The notes under the pieces: model-generated
The model's input: only the letters and a program-made list of their open reading frames with translations
Databases searched by the model: none
Told to the model about the DNA's origin: nothing
Part shown: piece by piece, positions 63,321 to 64,000 of the stretch
Position numbering within the stretch: the stretch's first letter is position 1
Layout of the letters: every line of letters begins with the position of its first letter
Translations under genes and position numbers: made by a program
Origin: an uncultured Methanosarcinaceae archaeon
Lineage (GTDB): Archaea > Halobacteriota > Methanosarcinia > Methanosarcinales > Methanosarcinaceae
Length of the DNA: 64,000 nucleotides
Direction of reading: 5' to 3'
Assembly: GCA_963721455.1 (NCBI GenBank)
Contig: CAVRJG010000044.1
Coordinates: 64,001 to 128,000, forward strand

Positions 63321-64000
63321 ATGAAACCTACTGCTGAAGACTTAATAAATGGGGAAATAAGCAGCGTAGGAGTTTACCTATTTAACAGGGTAAAGAATTG
63401 TATTTTTGAAAAGGAGCCTATTGAAAAAACGGCCATCAGAAAGGCTGATTTTGAAAAAATAATAGAAGAGAAAAAAGAATTCGAAGAGTTTCCTGCGATA
63501 TCTCGAGAGGATATAAAGGCTATTTGTGAGATTTTATACGACTCTAATGACATCGAATCAATAATCAAGCAATTGTATGTGTATCAGAGTGGTATGAATA
63601 AAAGCCTTGAAGAAATCAAGGAAGATTTTGTATCATTGTTTCCCAGGACAATAAAGCTAGAAAATGGAAAAAGAAATCTGGAAACAGGGGAAAGAAGCTC
63701 TTTTTTACTTAAGGTATTTGAGGTACTGGACGAAGGAATTCAAACTGCTTTAAACAGAGCAGCAAATGAAGGATCTTCAGGTGCTTCTAATGCACTCTCC
63801 AACCGCCGGCACTTTGATATGAAAAATGAATTAGCAAATGGATTTAAAGATGTTAAAAAGCTTATAAGCGATGGCTCCCGACTTCTGAGAGAGCCTATTC
63901 CTCTTCCTGGTCAAATGATTGGAGTTCCTTCCCGCCCTCCGAATTATTTACCTCGAAAAGATGATCTCAATATAATTAAAGAGCTAATACTAACTGATAC
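63321..64000 (+). CDS. 3'-partial ORF: helical N-terminal domain leading into a probable NB-ARC/STAND NTPase
   Basis: Open frame MKPTAEDLING... to the window end, finishing GVPSRPPNYLPRKDDLNIIKELILTD, which resembles the pre-Walker A segment of NB-ARC domains. Confidence 0.6.
   Translation, partial: MKPTAEDLINGEISSVGVYLFNRVKNCIFEKEPIEKTAIRKADFEKIIEEKKEFEEFPAISREDIKAICEILYDSNDIESIIKQLYVYQSGMNKSLEEIKEDFVSLFPRTIKLENGKRNLETGERSSFLLKVFEVLDEGIQTALNRAANEGSSGASNALSNRRHFDMKNELANGFKDVKKLISDGSRLLREPIPLPGQMIGVPSRPPNYLPRKDDLNIIKELILTD

Overview
This window looks like a Methanosarcina-type archaeal chromosome segment (inferred from gene content and protein style). It is mostly housekeeping: ftsY, proABC, arfC/ribD, moeA-SAMP, nikR, F390 synthetase, purC, purL, nreA, aIF1, sppA and metG. 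It also holds a GH57-GH57-V4R-GH15 glucan operon, a membrane glycosylation cluster and a CHASE4 hybrid kinase/receiver pair. Features missing from the ORF track are a two-hairpin box H/ACA-like guide RNA (11551-11724, minus) whose 3' hairpin fits 23S helix 69, a second structured sRNA candidate (4958-5023), and a small basic DUF5350-like ORF. A low-GC islet carries an AbiJ/HEPN-like gene, an intact IS with TIRs and a GATCC duplication, and a 117-bp MITE. There is also a modular palindromic repeat before purL, several gene scars (two crcB copies, a P-type ATPase, DUF378, possibly uvrC), and the start of a probable NB-ARC/STAND protein at the right edge. No CRISPR array, tRNA or rRNA was seen. 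Family names are recognised from memory and were not checked by database search.
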